Source: Octopus bimaculoides
Lineage: Eukaryota
Direction: 5' to 3'
Assembly: GCF_001194135.2 (NCBI RefSeq)
Contig: NC_068987.1
Coordinates: 54,946,725-55,010,724 of the forward strand
Length of the DNA stretch: 64,000 bases
In this document: positions 13,333 to 25,860 of the stretch, piece by piece
How positions within the stretch are numbered: the stretch's first letter is position 1
Layout: each line of letters opens with the position of its first letter
Notes under the pieces: generated by a model
What the model was told of the DNA's origin: nothing
The model's input: the letters and a program-made list of their open reading frames with translations, nothing else
Databases searched by the model: none
Translations under genes and position numbers: made by a program

Positions 13333-13445
13333 CAATCTCTAGAAAACAAGGCGAGAAGGTCATAGTTGGAATTCTTTTGATCATAGTTTTCTTGGTGGTT
13401 TGCCTGAGGCTAAGCAACAAGAACGGAAAAATAGAAACCAGATAA
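13333..13445 (+). CDS. Candidate terminal exon encoding a transmembrane helix (xISRKQGEKVIVGILLIIVFLVVCLRLSNKNGKIETR*)
   Basis: GTCTTATCAG| acceptor in phase 1; 16 consecutive hydrophobic or small residues flanked by basic residues. Confidence 0.4.
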
Positions 13446-13984
13446 ATTAAGACGCGTGTATGTGTGTTGTTTTCTTAAAGACAACTGAAAGAATGTGGTA
13501 GGAGGGTGGTACATGAGCTTAGAATAAGAAGACTGAAGGGCAGTTAGCTGTATTTAAAGAAATGTTGAGGTGTGTGAGTGTGCATACTTTGAGAAGTGGG
13601 GAAGTGATGTCTGCAGTGTATTGGTGACTGAGCGACCTTGATAAATTAGATGAGGAGTGCCGGTTGAAATTCCAACGAAATTATACGTGTACATGATGAG
13701 TAGTGAACAGAAACGAAGAAAGTGAAAAATAGCACGCGAAAGACGGAAAAAAGATAACCAGACGGTTTTGTGTCCAAAATAAACATGATAGCGTCTTTGT
13801 AGGCAGAATACTTCCTTTGAATTATTGTCCACCCTTCCATATAAAATATAGCTGAGATTTAAAAAAATAATGATTATAAAAACAAGAAAAAAAGACAGCA
13901 ACCACTTGTTTACAAAGCTTTCATATGAAATAAACAGAATTAGCACCATATAATATACTTTTTTTTAATACGTAGCTCACTGGC

Positions 13985-14283
13985 AGGGGCATGACTGAAG
14001 TCAAAAAAGCTTGCTTTGCTTCGCAACCATGTGGTCTCGGGCCGAGTCCCACTGCGTGGCACAAAGTGACTTTTATTATAGTCCCAGGCCGATCAAAACT
14101 TTATACGAAAATTGTACATGTGAGCATGTTCGTATCACCATCATACAAGCAATGAAAAACAGGTTTGGCCATAGGGAAATATTTATTACTTTGCTGAGAA
14201 ACAGGTGAGGGTTGGCGACAAGACGGGCATCTGACCAAAGAAAATCTGCCTTAACAAATTCTGGATGTTAAAATGATGATGAC
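13985..14283 (+). mobile_element. Decayed SINE family B (A-like head, tail ...GAAAATCTGCC...GTTAAAATGATGATGA)
   Basis: Tail shared with copies at 28825, 35895, 39840, 43055, 49885 and 52334. Confidence 0.7.
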
Positions 14284-16520
14284 ATCACAACCGATACTTA
14301 TTTGTTGTGAAAAACTGAGGAATTAGATTGCAGAAAGTAAAACTGCTAGAATAAATAATTTCAAATTTCTTCATATGAGATTATTTCTTTAAAAAAACAA
14401 AACAGAAAAAAGGCAATTTCTGAAAGTGATGTCAAGTGTGGATTCTGGAGTTTTGTCCATTTTCAAATTAACACCATGAATGGCTGTTTTGCATCGACGA
14501 ACATTAAACTCAATGAAGAGTCAAAATCCAAAGCGTTAAACTTCTTCCTTCGAAACGAACTTATTTCGTTACGTAATTTTTAAGCAAATTTTAAATCTCA
14601 AACGCAGAATATCGTCCCCCAACCCCACCTGCCCCGCCCAGGCCACCCCAGCTGAAGGGAACACATTGGCCAATGTGATCTAGCAAACCTTTTAAATGAT
14701 AATGATTTCAATTTTTGTCATAAAGACAGCCATTTTGGAGGAGGCGATGTACCGACCGATTNNNNNNNNNNNNNNNNNNNNNNNNNNNNNNNNNNNNNNN
14801 NNNNNNNNNNNNNNNNNNNNNNNNNNNNNNNNNNNNNNNNNNNNNNNNNNNNNNNNNNNNNNNNNNNNNNNNNNNNNNNNNNNNNNNNNNNNNNNNNNNN
14901 NNNNNNNNNNNNNNNNNNNNNNNNNNNNNNNNNNNNNNNNNNNNNNNNNNNNNNNNNNNNNNNNNNNNNNNNNNNNNNNNNNNNNNNNNNNNNNNNNNNN
15001 NNNNNNNNNNNNNNNNNNNNNNNNNNNNNNNNNNNNNNNNNNNNNNNNNNNNNNNNNNNNNNNNNNNNNNNNNNNNNNNNNNNNNNNNNNNNNNNNNNNN
15101 NNNNNNNNNNNNNNNNNNNNNNNNNNNNNNNNNNNNNTTTACTTGTCTTTTATTGTTTACACGCTGTAAAACCCACTATAGTCTTTTGTCTTATGTTGTT
15201 GCACGTCATTTAATGCTGTTTTATGTGAGCCCTTGTGGCTAATAAAAGAATGAATTATTGAAAGGGTATGCTGGATCACGTTAGCCAATGTGTTCCCTTC
15301 AGATGGGAGTGTGGGACGAAAATTCTTTAAACGGTTCGTAACTTTTTCTGATAAATATTCTCTCCAAACAGTGATTATGAGTTTCGTAATTTGCATCTCA
15401 TGGCGGGTTTTTTTTTTCTCTGAGTGAAGGGACGGGGTAAGACTATTATTGTTTTTCTTTTAATATTCACTTTCTTAATAACTACTTCATTCTCTTCGTA
15501 AATTTTGCGCTCAAGGCAACTTCCCAATAGCCGAACACGTTACGTACTACTTTTAGAAATCAATTGTCATACAACTCTATCAGCGCGATATAATGTGTGA
15601 CACGGCCGGATTAGAGACTGAGGCGGGGACGAAGAGGAAGAAAGAGTTGGTTTCAGTAATGAATGGGCTGGTATTTTATTTATCGACCCTGAAAGTTGAG
15701 CGACGAGAGATTTGATAAATTTTTTATATGAAGTAGTATTATTCATTCAGTATGTATGAATGGGTATCTTTCCATACAGAAAAGACTTCCTCCCGTCCGA
15801 AGTCTTGCCTGTACATATAACAAGAACGCAAACGTACATACAAATACATTCTACTTAACAGAGAAAGCGATGTGGTGAGAGGAAAATCATTCAACCGACA
15901 AACTCTTAACTTATGCCACATCAGAATATTATAATGTATTCACAGTGCACCTGCAAAATTAGATCCCCCCCCCCAACACCACACACACACTTCTTAAATG
16001 TTAATTATCACGGTTTAACATTCAATGAATGATCATGAAATGAACGTGAAGATATTTTAAAAATAAAAATATGTCGTCCCCACCCCACAGACTTTCCAAT
16101 CCTTCCCACATGTCACCCAACCCAAGTAACCAACAATATGCTTCGAAAATGAAAAAAAAAGAGAGAAAATAAAACAATACACAAAGAAGCTCGGTTATTA
16201 AATAAACAGTCTACTGGAAACGAAAACCAATGCAAATATATATTAAATAACACAAAGACGTACAGTCATTAAATAAACAGCTTGCAGGGTGTGAAACAAG
16301 CATCTTATCATTATGTAAGATCCTAGCAACAACAACAGAGGAATTTTCGAGTAGAAGAAAAAAAAATTGAACCAAATAAATTTACTCTATGACAATAATG
16401 AAAGGACGAACATTATTTGTTTTGGGCACATATGAAAGAAATAAGAATTTTTTTTGAGTCAACAGTTCTGAGATGAATTAATAGTATTATAATTTTTGGG
16501 TTCATTAACCTTCTCTTCAG

Positions 16521-16562
16521 ACTGTATAACAGATAGCAAGAGTTACCAGTGCCTGGAGCAAG
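16521..16562 (+). CDS. Candidate 42-nt phase 1-1 exon (xCITDSKSYQCLEQ) with GC donor
   Basis: AACCTTCTCTTCAG| acceptor and AG|GCAAGT, which matches the GC-AG donor consensus. Confidence 0.35.
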
Positions 16563-16829
16563 GCAAGTACTGCAGGAAGAAGGTGCTATTTTTTCCCATT
16601 TTTTAAATTACTATTTTGTGTATAACTAATACTATTTTGGAACAATGGATCTCGAAGTACATAAAGCTATAAATGAAAGTGTGTAAATATTGGGTAAAAA
16701 AAAACCCCTTGGATAGGAAAAGTCGATGGCTACTCCTTAAGACATTAACAACATTTTTTTTTCTTTTGAAATTTTGTCCCACCCCGCGCTGCCACGAGAC
16801 AGTATATTTTTTTAATATTTACATTAAGG

Positions 16830-17683
16830 TTTCGATCGTCTTGGCTCCCGAATATGTTTGCACATGAATCAAGCAAAGTGGATAATAATAATGTTGACTA
16901 TCTCAATTCAGAAATAGAACGATCTCAGTTCGAGTCCAAGGCGGATACTGTATACATCCAACAGTAAAGAAACACCCAATGATGATCAGAGAATATACTT
17001 GTCGAAAAGATGTTAAATTTCTAAATCATAAAACGCTGTACAAAACGAATAAGAGAGATAATGTATCTACTTTCTTATACTAGAACCAAAACATTGATTT
17101 TGTTCATATGCTTAATGACAGAGCACAGAAAAGTGAAGTGGTGGCTTACAGTCTTTTCACAAGGGCAAATATTGAAACAAAGGTACATCAGTTAAGGTTA
17201 ACACTATATTATATTAATCGAGGACAGGATAGTGGAAGGACAAGAAGTTGTGATGTGCATGTATTTTCCCAATTGTACAATTAATAAAAAACTGGTGAAT
17301 CTACTTCAAGTGAGAATCGAAAGACCTACACCGCACACCGATGTAATTTTTCCGGCTTTCTAAACCACCACACAACCCGATATACTCAAAATAGTGAAGC
17401 GGATAATATCGAAACGAAAGCAATAAATAGTTCGGTGATCAACATCATAAATTATTTTCGTGAACGTGGTAGTGTTTATTTAACCAAAAGACAACTCTAC
17501 TTAAGCAAACCTATGACCAAAGATGTTCCGGCCGTGAACGTCCTGTCTTTCTCTTTTGAGACATATGGTGTGATTTGGAGCAAATTTGGTTATTTATCCA
17601 TCAGTAAGTTGTATGGAGCAGGTAGAAGCTCCCGAGTGTTAATTAGTAAAGTGAGTGACCACCAATGTTCGGAATCTTTATGA
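16830..17683 (+). pseudogene. Coding-like stretch broken into overlapping frames (pseudo-exon or short-intron gene)
   Basis: Stop-free frame 17288-17680 (131 codons) plus overlapping protein-like frames at 16898-17284 (one internal TAG) and 17202-17362, in AT-rich DNA; no family recognised. Confidence 0.35.
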
Positions 17684-19567
17684 CAACGATATAACTATAT
17701 ATTTACTATATAATATATATTACATATTCGTGACCGGTTCTATACGCTTTCTCCCCTCAGTACAGAGCTGCTGTATTTATATTGAATATAATGAAGTACC
17801 TGGAAGAGCGACTCCAGTGACAGGAAACAATAGTCTTCCTGTCGACAAATAAGAAAAGAGAGTGGAGAATTTCTATTCAATGCAGTTTTTTTTCCTTACC
17901 TGCATTCACCTGTTAAGAAAACACGGGGCGGTGGGAAGACAATATATATATTCAATGCAGTTTTCCTTCAAATGTACTCACCTGTTACATTACAAGTAAA
18001 CTGCTTCGTGGACTGGATCATGTCACCGTTTGATTTTGAAATTACAAAACTATTCTTTTTAGGTATCATAAAATATTTACACAAGTCCATCTCGTGTGTA
18101 TCGGTGATTAAAGACGAGGGGATAGTCACTCGAATCGTCCCCCACTAGTAATGCTAGTGTTCGCTTTACTACAAACAATGGAAGAAGACGAAGTTTACTA
18201 TACAGAATGTCTAATATCAAAATGTATGCTACACTTGGAGCATTTTTTTTCTCTTTTCACATATAGATAAATTAAAGAATAATATATAATGCTTACATGT
18301 TTTTTAAAACCATTCAAATTTCATTTATAAAACAGAGACGTGTGTGTGTTTATTTTAACCGTCACGGCCAAGTCCACACTTGAAGCACTTTGCCTCCGTG
18401 TATACCTATGTGACTTTCATATTTAAACATGAACATATAAGAACATGAACAAATAACACAACTACACAAAATGAAGGAAGGAGCAAAGTTCTGTCCAAAG
18501 TAGATGTCATTCGAGGGGAATATTTGTACTGTTAACAATACAAGGTAAATTACCTTTAAACTAGCAGGAAACGAGTTCAGGTAGGTGGAAGACCGGTGTC
18601 GAAACAGACTGCATTAAACTAATAAGAATGGTGTAAAGCATCCTAAATATTTCCCTCTCTGTCATTTAGATGATATAAATACACTCCCAGACAATGAGAA
18701 TAGAAACAAAAACAAGTAAAACACTAACGTTATTAAATAAGTACACTGAGAAAAAAAATGAGAGAGTGACGGGGGAGTTGAAAGCAAGTGATGGCTACAG
18801 GTGAAAGAAAGAAGAAAGCTAAAAGTTTCTTTTTTTCTTTCTTTCTTAATTCAGCTTCCAGCATCATGCACGCCTACCTCCATACAGTCTCACCTACACA
18901 TATCTACCGACCCACATATACGTATGTGTGCACATTTTATATATATACCTATATATATTTATAGGGTTGGCAAAGGCATTCCTAAATTGTAGGCATTCTT
19001 CAAATATAAATAGCTTAAACATGTTTTGCGTGTATACGTGCTGATTATTTAAGGACTGATTTAAAGAAGCTCCCGCGGCAAGTAGAATCCACTACCTAGT
19101 TACCATTTTCAAACTACTATAACCTTTCACTTCGCTCAGCTAATCCCTCTGGAGCGGCATGATCATTACAATATCCCATTATCCTGTGTCCTACTTACAT
19201 CAGCTTACAAATATGAAGCCTTAGGACCAATTCTGTTCAGAAATACAATTAACTAGTTTCTTATTTTTAACAAACCAAGGCATAATTTTGTATTGATTCA
19301 AATGTATTACTCAAGTACTGGCACCGAAGGAGTTGAAAATGAAATATCGACAACTAGATATGAACCCAGAATCTAGCAGAACCAAACTAAATATAATATT
19401 GCAATCGTTTAGTCCAACACACCCTGCTTTCCCACCTTCTCACTACAGGAATTCATGCGATGCTAACGAACGAACACACAGAAATCTATGTTTAATATAT
19501 AAATATATCTTTCGGGGTCGATAAAATAAGTACCAGTTGAGTACTGTGGTCGACGTGCCAAAATCTG

Positions 19568-19617
<50 letters not shown>

Positions 19618-22600
19618 CGTGAGAAAGAGCACGTATTAGACGTATATAATCTGTCAACTGGAGAATAATAATCTCTTTAGAAAAGGAAACTTCTGATAAC
19701 GGCGAAGTGGTTAACAATGTAACGAAAGAAAATATGTTCAGGAGTTTTGTCAAGTGTTTGTAACAAACGGGTGAGACGAGATAAAAAAAAAAAGGATTGA
19801 CAGAACAAGGAGCCATAGCAAGTAACAGAAGAAAGAAAGAAAAAAATAGGCAAAGAGAGAGAGGTGGACGGACACCGAGTGAGAGTTAAACTGAGACAAT
19901 TAATCAGAGTAGCAACAGACGGACAGTGAGGGATTAGAGAAGGTAGACAGGTATAGTGAAAGAGGGAGGGAGAAAGAATGGTCGTAGTCCGGGGAGGGAG
20001 ACAGGGGTAATAAATCAGAGGATGGGGCGAGGATGAACAAATAGTTTTGTGGTTACAAACCAAATAAGTACATAGCGTTTATAGAATAGATGTTCGGATA
20101 AAGAAAGCAAGGACACACGGATTTCTTAATTCTGCTCAGAGCTATATAGGAAAGGGAAATGCGTTTTTCCCCCTACAGCTAATCGCGACATAAATGAAAT
20201 GGTACAACTGACTACAACGAGGAATCGAAATCGAGTCGTGAAAATATGTAGTAACAGCAACAATAGTAGTAGTCGTTGTTGTAGTAACTGTAATAGTAGT
20301 AGTTGTTGTATGTCGAGGCAGTGGTGATTGAGGAATGTATAGATCCAACAACGAGACGAAAGAGAGAAAGGAAGGGAGATATGGACTGAAGGCAATAATT
20401 GGAACCAGGGACGACAGGGAGATTTAAAAGCTAGGAGCCCAGAAAAAGCAAAAGGAAAGATAAGAAAGATAATATGAAAATAAAAGAAAAAAATTGAGAG
20501 AAGATAAAGGGAGCAGAATGAAAGAGGTATAAAGGGATGGAATGTGAGAGGAGATATGGGTTGAACGGACAGTGGTGTAATGTCGTGTGAAGCTATGTTT
20601 GAAAGGCTTCTTTGCAAAAGCTATTGATGAACTTTTTCAGTGGTTTAACTAAACATGTTAGAAAGGAAGTTGGTTTAGAGTTTTGAATTGTAATGTTTAA
20701 GAGCTACTTACTACTACACAGCCTGGCTGACCACAGGTCGGTTGTAACACCTTGCTTTTCTACTTCTCAATAGTAGTAAGAAATAACAAGTAACCTTCAA
20801 ACTGTACGTAGCCAGTATAATATAAATGACAAGCAAAGCAACTGGATTTCGACAAGTTTTACTAAAATGCAGAACATAACGCGTCTATAAAATTCAAGTA
20901 CCTGCTATCTTATATAATATACATACAATAACCTCAACATAACCCATAAGTATGCCTTGATCAAGTTTTTTGCACAATAAATTATACTGTCTCACTCACT
21001 CGATCATATACATATATATATTGTGTGTGTGTGTGTGTGTGTGTCGTTGACATAGATGAAAGCAGACAGGGCGACATGCATTTTTTAAAAAGAAAGACGA
21101 GAGTTGTTTACAAATTTCCTTGACAGCACAGAAACCAAAAAGCCAAACTTGTATTATTAGTGGCTCCGCTCGATCGGTTGGCTTTATTACAAGGGAAATT
21201 CTTGAAATAGATTCACAGAAAGAAAAATCCAATATGTAATTTCTCAACAAGCAGACAGCGGCAGCAAGCAATAAATCATAACGTTTGCAAAAAACCTCAA
21301 AATAGATTTGCATTTACTGGAAGTTTTACTAAGTGACCACCTCGCAATATATGTGCGTGTGTTTTAATTGAATAAATATCTTTTTCATGAATTGTTTGCG
21401 AATTCATATCTAGTCAGACATAGACTAGCCGGCTGCTTGTCTGTGTGTGTGTGTGTATACCTCTTTCTGTCTGTGCGTGTGTATATATATATATATACAG
21501 CTATATTATTATAGCTATATACCTACACACACACCTACATCTAACTATCTATCTATCTATATTATATANNNNNNNNNNNNNNNNNNNNNNNNNNNNNNNN
21601 NNNNNNNNNNNNNNNNNNNNNNNNNNNNNNNNNNNNNNNNNNNNNNNNNNNNNNNNNNNNNNNNNNNNNNNNNNNNNNNNNNNNNNNNNNNNNNNNNNNN
21701 NNNNNNNNNNNNNNNNNNNNNNNNNNNNNNNNNNNNNNNNNNNNNNNNNNNNNNNNNNNNNNNNNNNNNNNNNNNNNNNNNNNNNNNNNNNNNNNNNNNN
21801 NNNNNNNNNNNNNNNNNNNNNNNNNNNNNNNNNNNNNNNNNNNNNNNNNNNNNNNNNNNNNNNNNNNNNNNNNNNNNNNNNNNNNNNNNNNNNNNNNNNN
21901 NNNNNNNNNNNNNNNNNNNNNNNNNNNNNNNNNNNNNNNNNNNNNNNNNNNNNNNNNNNNNNNNNNNNNNNNNNNNNNNNNNNNNNNNNNNNNNNNNNNN
22001 NNNNNNNNNNNNNNNNNNNNNNNNNNNNNNNNNNNNNNNNNNNNNTAGACCTACACCTACATATATCTATCTATATACACATATATACCTATCTATATAT
22101 ATATACACACACCTACATATATATCTCTATATATATATACATATATGTATCCATACATATACCTATCTATATATACATACATACAACTATCTACTTTTAT
22201 ATATACAGCTACATTATATCTATATACCTACATACACACATATATGTATATACATACACACACACACCTACGTCTATCTATCTTCTCTCTCTCTCTCTCT
22301 ATATATATATATACAGCTATATTATTATAGCTATATACCTACACACACACCTACATCTAACTATCTATCTATCTATATTATATATACACACACAGAGTTT
22401 GAGTATATATATATTATATACGAACTCATATGTACGTATATGTATCTATGTAACACTTAAATATATGTAAATCACTATCCAGGTAAACCTGGATAGTGAA
22501 TTATTTATTACACACATTATATATACACGCATAGACCGTACGTGAGCAAGTTACATAGTAACTATCGTACTCCAATAATTGGACATTTTTCACGATTATT

Positions 22601-25189
22601 TTTAACATATTTGACCCTATATACATACATATATATAACACATGGCACTAAAAAAAATATCAGTGTATAATTTACCCCTCTGCAATAAGAACCACCACCG
22701 TCATCATAATCATTAACATAACTGTAGAAGGGGAAACGGAAAGAAGAAAAACAGAGAACAAAAGAGCGTAAAAACAATCTCAAACAATATTGTAAACGAC
22801 TCTAACGGCAAAAAGAGGAGCACTTACCCGAGAGTTTAGTAGTTCTATTCCTAACTCCAGTAATAATTATGTTTGTCTATGTGTACGAGTGGATCATTTA
22901 CTAGGTCTGGCTTTTACGACTGCCAACTTCTACGCTACTCTATTTCACTACCGTAGGAGTAAAGCCCAGCTGATCTAACAGCCAGCCGCACTCACCAACC
23001 AGTGCGCACTATCAACAGAAACTTTTTTTTATTTTACTCTCGCCCTTTTTTTCCCCTTCTCTTCCTTAATTTGTACACCCCTCACCTCTTCTTTTTTCTT
23101 GGATTTCGTTGGAGGTCTCCCTTACACCCCCCTGCTTTATTATTTATTTCCGCTTTTCTCCACCCCACCTTTTTTCTTTCACACACCATGTGTGTATGTA
23201 TATTATATATATNNNNNNNNNNNNNNNNNNNNNNNNNNNNNNNNNNNNNNNNNNNNNNNNNNNNNNNNNNNNNNNNNNNNNNNNNNNNNNNNNNNNNNNN
23301 NNNNNNNNNNNNNNNNNNNNNNNNNNNNNNNNNNNNNNNNNNNNNNNNNNNNNNNNNNNNNNNNNNNNNNNNNNNNNNNNNNNNNNNNNNNNNNNNNNNN
23401 NNNNNNNNNNNNNNNNNNNNNNNNNNNNNNNNNNNNNNNNNNNNNNNNNNNNNNNNNNNNNNNNNNNNNNNNNNNNNNNNNNNNNNNNNNNNNNNNNNNN
23501 NNNNNNNNNNNNNNNNNNNNNNNNNNNNNNNNNNNNNNNNNNNNNNNNNNNNNNNNNNNNNNNNNNNNNNNNNNNNNNNNNNNNNNNNNNNNNNNNNNNN
23601 NNNNNNNNNNNNNNNNNNNNNNNNNNNNNNNNNNNNNNNNNNNNNNNNNNNNNNNNNNNNNNNNNNNNNNNNNNNNNNNNNNNNNNNNNNNNNNNNNNNN
23701 NNNNNNNNNNNNNNNNNNNNNNNNNNNNNNNNNNNNNNNNNNNNNNNNNNNNNNNNNNNNNNNNNNNNNNNNNNNNNNNNNNNNNNNNNNNNNNNNNNNN
23801 NNNNNNNNNNNNNNNNNNNNNNNNNNNNNNNNNNNNNNNNNNNNNNNNNNGTTTAAGATGTGCCACTAAAGAATGTGTTACACAGTAAAGTTAGATTTTG
23901 TTCATCTAAAGCTCGAGCGTTCGAATCCAGCTGGATCGATAAAATTAGTACCAGCAGTCTCCTAATGTCAATACAATATCGACAAAAGAAAATCAATACA
24001 TATGATTTATTTTGGCTTGCAAACGCTTGCTTTCATGAAATAAATACCCGTATTATATAAATGGGGAGAAATATATATCCTTTGATAAGGTAGAAGGCAA
24101 ACAGGAAAACAGTTGCTGAATCGCAAGAAAAACATGTATTACTGGTACTATTTGACACTGAGAAAATATAATGAAAATTCGAAATCAGCGGGTATTTAAC
24201 AATAAAGATATATTTAAAATAAGTAATCTAGAGATGCCATCTGCATGAAAAACTCTTGGTTTACTAGAGAAATGTTGCATACCATTATATAACGAGTGTT
24301 GCGTGTTAACTCGTGGAAATAATACAAGAAACGAACTTTAAAATAACAGCGAGACTTTATTCCTCTGCTAAATTATACAGTGGACCAAAAGACACAACAC
24401 AAATTCTGTTGGTTGTATAGTTTCATCGATCGTTAGGATAATTCCTATTGGCCATCGTTGGTTTACTTACAAGCGCTTCGCTAAATCAGCAGAAAAATAT
24501 GACGCGAGCCCCAGGAAAAAAAAAAGAGTTTACAACGTTATTTATAGACAAAAATAGGCTTAGGGGATGTTTGAGGATGCCGCGCAATACTCGACCAATC
24601 AAAATATAAAACTCAACTAAATGTTCCAAACTCATATGATGGATCAAACGGTGGAGCCTATGCATGGCTTGTTGAACATAAAAAGTCAGAACAGAATTGA
24701 GTCTCGCTACAAAGGGAACATTATATAAAATTCATTAGAAATATGTATACGACGTGGAAAAGACAATATAATGATCTTTTAAATTAAAACTTCATGAAAT
24801 AAGGGAGACAACTTGAGACAAGCTTCGGTCTTATTGCATCTCCCCAGCAACGACTGGACTTCACGAAAACGAATATTTTTTTATTCTTTTGATCTGGCCA
24901 TTTTTAGCCTCTGGAACTATTTAAAGGGATGCGCTTTATCCAAGTCAAAGTAGTCATGTGAACTATGACTTTATCAGTCCTATACTTGGGCATATTACAC
25001 ACACGTACATACAAAATAATGTTTGCTTTTATATTGAGTTATAATAAAACAATTTTACTATAAAATGAAGGATTACTCAATACTTTTTGAAGCGTACATA
25101 TTTATCATCCTTTTACAAGAATAGTCTTGGAAGGGATTTCGAAGTTTCGGCCTGCTTATCGGACAGTCCGAAACTTCGAAGTCACTGTA

Positions 25190-25860
25190 GCAGTTCGGCA
25201 AAAGCGACCGATAGAATAAGTACTAGTTCGACTAAAAGGCGGTGCTCCAGCATAGCCGCAGTCAAATGACTGAAACAAGTAACAGAATAAAAGAATATAT
25301 ATAAAATGGATTTAGCAGAACAAGACGAGACACTTGGGGTAGAGAGTTGCTGAGGAGTTCAGAAAATGAGTGATGAAAGAACTTTGACAAAGAAACGAAA
25401 ATACTAGTTACAAAGCTGAAGTGAAGATCAAATGTATACATGCGTGTATTATTGGCAAAATATGACTATATCCAAATATAACCATACACAAACACACACA
25501 CGAACACACACACACACACACACACACATGCGCAGGCTTGGCTGTGTGGCAAGAAATTTGCTTCTCAACCACATGGTTAGAAGTTCAATCTCACTGCGTA
25601 GTAATTTGGATTTGGTAGACGGAAACTAAAAGAAACCTCTGAGGGTATGTGTGTGTCTATGTTTGTCCCCCACTATTGCCTGACAAGCGGAGTTGGTGTA
25701 TTTATGTCCCCATAAATTAACGACTCGGCGGAAAAGGCCGACAGATGAAGTACCAGGCTTTTAAAAAAAAGTACTGGAGTCGATTTGTTCTACCAAAATT
25801 CTTCAAGACGTTGACCTAATATGGACGCAATCTAATGAGTAAAACAAGTGGAATAGGAAT
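25190..25860 (+). mobile_element. SINE family A: 3' fragment (25190-25300) and decayed copy (25527-25860)
   Basis: Matches the family A consensus segments. Confidence 0.8.

Noticed and set aside
13554-13949. 131-aa minus ORF and overlapping MEGWTIIQRK frame resembling the fibrinogen-domain GWTVIQRR motif
   Set aside because: Similarity ends after 8 residues, with no other family motifs and no clear splice sites.
14620-14760. Apparent promoter (GC box, CCAAT, YY1-like GCCATTTTG)
   Set aside because: The CCAAT is part of the inverted repeat, and the YY1-like word lies in a decayed SINE D 3' end.
17081-17083. In-frame TAG possibly recoded to Trp by A-to-I editing
   Set aside because: Editing cannot repair the neighbouring frame switches; a splice acceptor or simple decay explains it more simply.
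21470-22400. About 85-bp unit repeated on both sides of a 477-N gap
   Set aside because: Microsatellite-rich and gap-flanking; cannot be told apart from a collapsed tandem repeat or scaffolding overlap.
24700-24990. Possible Tc1-like remnant (DLAIFSLWNYLK)
   Set aside because: A single short motif with no TIR or other catalytic motifs; too weak to list as a feature.
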